A stretch of DNA of 854 nt, taken from the NCBI RefSeq assembly GCF_003334815.1, contig NZ_QOWO01000116.1. One strand, written 5' to 3'. The notes beneath the pieces were generated by a model, which searched no databases, had not been told where the DNA came from, and saw nothing but the letters and a program-made list of their open reading frames with translations. Of this stretch, positions 1-854 are shown piece by piece. The translations under genes were made by a program, and so were the position numbers. Source of the DNA: Escherichia coli (GTDB lineage: Bacteria; Pseudomonadota; Gammaproteobacteria; Enterobacterales; Enterobacteriaceae). Numbering within the stretch: the first letter of the stretch is position 1; each line of letters opens with the position of its first letter.

Positions 1-62
1 CGCGAGGCATCGTCTTAACGAGGCACCGAGGCGTCGCATTCTTCAGATGGTTCAACCCTTAA

Positions 63-854
63 GTTAGCGCTTATGGGCTGGTCACCCACTGGCACTATGA
101 CGAAGCAGACCGCCTCACGCACCGCACCGTGAATGGCGAAACCGCAGAGCGGTGGCAGTATGACGAACGCGGCTGGCTGACAGACATCAGCCATATCAGC
201 GAAGGGCACCGGGTGACGGTGCACTATGGTTATGACAGTAAAGGCCGCCTCGCCAGTGAACACCTGACGGTGCATCATCCGCAGACGAATGAACTGCTCT
301 GGCAGCATGAGACCAGACATGCGTACAACGCACAGGGACTGGCGAACCGCTGTATACCGGACAGCCTGCCCGCCGTGGAATGGCTGACCTACGGCAGCGG
401 TTACCTGGCAGGCATGAAACTCGGCGACACACCGCTGGTGGAGTACACCCGCGACCGCCTGCACCGGGAAACGCTGCGCAGCTTCGGCCGTTATGAACTC
501 ACCACCGCTTATACCCCTGCCGGGCAGTTACAGAGCCAGCACCTGAACAGCCTGCTGTCTGACCGCGATTACACCTGGAACGACAACGGCGAACTCATCC
601 GCATCAGCAGCCCGCGCCAGACCCGGAGTTACAGCTACAGCACCACCGGCAGGCTGACCGGCGTTCACACCACCGCAGCGAATCTGGATATCCGCATCCC
701 GTATACCACAGACCCGGCAGGTAACCGCCTGCCCGACCCGGAGCTGCACCCGGACAGCGCCCTCAGCATGTGGCCGGATAACCGTATCGCCCGTGACGCG
801 CACTATCTTTACCGGTATGACCGTCACGGCAGGCTGACAGAGAAAACCGACCTC
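63..854 (+). CDS. Rhs-family YD-repeat protein, core (shell) region; 5'-truncated fragment, 3' end continues beyond window; possibly a pseudogene or orphan core remnant
   Basis: Seen in sequence: frame 3 is open from codon 63-65 to 852-854 (264 codons, no stop). Translation contains repeated YD-repeat motifs: [10 protein letters not shown] (87-116), [10 protein letters not shown] (153-182), [10 protein letters not shown] (222-251), YNAQGL (324-341), [11 protein letters not shown] (567-599), [10 protein letters not shown] (630-659), [10 protein letters not shown] (702-731), [15 protein letters not shown] (810-854). The motif YxYDxxGRLTEK is characteristic of enterobacterial Rhs core proteins (established knowledge). 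GC content is about 60-68% in the segments I counted by hand, typical of the GC-rich Rhs core. Start coordinate 63 is the first codon after the in-frame TAA at 60-62; recognisable Rhs sequence begins near 75. No in-frame ATG/GTG/TTG lies between 63 and the GTG at 129-131; the first ATG is 414-416, and none has a convincing Shine-Dalgarno. An annotation pipeline might instead call a start at 129 or label the region a pseudogene. A truncated mid-core start is reminiscent of rhsE in E. coli K-12, but I cannot verify the paralog. Confidence 0.88.

Noticed and set aside
3-32. Three copies of the hexamer cgaggc (3-8, 19-24, 27-32)
   Set aside because: A 6-mer repeated three times in 30 nt of GC-rich DNA is weak evidence; it has no recognisable palindromic or operator-like structure and no known motif, and the window edge prevents seeing more context.
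51-65. Possible sigma70 promoter elements (ttcaac at 51-56, taagtt at 60-65) just upstream of the Rhs fragment
   Set aside because: Each hexamer matches consensus at only about 3 of 6 positions and they are separated by about 3 bp instead of about 17 bp; not a supportable promoter call.
73-132. Short + strand frame-1 ORF (ATG 73-75 to TGA 130-132, 19 codons)
   Set aside because: Too short, no Shine-Dalgarno, and it overlaps the start of the Rhs homology in a different frame; most likely chance.
196-432. Minus-strand ORF of 78 aa
   Set aside because: Antisense to the Rhs frame and nested within the 15..464 region in another frame; no supporting signal. Same chance explanation as above.
15-464. 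Minus-strand ORF of 149 aa from the supplied six-frame track
   Set aside because: It lies entirely antisense to the strongly supported Rhs frame. Long antisense ORFs are expected by chance in GC-rich coding DNA because stop codons are AT-rich. Its translation is Arg/Ala/Val/Gly-rich with no recognisable motif, so it is most likely not a gene.
528-827. Minus-strand ORF of 99 aa
   Set aside because: Antisense to the Rhs YD-repeat frame with no recognisable domain or motif; most likely a chance ORF in GC-rich DNA.
1-854. Search for CRISPR repeats, tRNA or ncRNA structure, terminator hairpins, or a novel defence or toxin module
   Set aside because: No regularly spaced repeat-spacer structure, no tRNA-like or strong hairpin plus U-tract signal was seen. 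Essentially all of the window is explained by the Rhs core frame. The variable toxin and immunity region that could be novel would lie downstream of this window.

Overview
The window is almost entirely the + strand reading frame (frame 3, codons at 63-65 ... 852-854) of an Rhs-family YD-repeat protein core; it is open from 63 to the window end and continues downstream. Translation reads [264 protein letters not shown], with about eight YD-repeat motifs. The main point of interest is the 5' end: Rhs-like sequence begins abruptly at about 72-77, preceded by an in-frame TAA (60-62) and roughly 60 nt of non-Rhs sequence closed in all three forward frames, with no credible start codon or Shine-Dalgarno. 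This looks like a 5'-truncated core remnant (orphan or pseudogene) rather than the start of an intact rhs gene, an architecture reminiscent of the truncated rhsE element of E. coli K-12, though I cannot confirm the locus without a search. The three supplied minus-strand ORFs are antisense to this frame and are most likely artefacts. Nothing in the window supports a novel system; the variable C-terminal toxin and immunity region of an Rhs element would lie downstream, outside the window.
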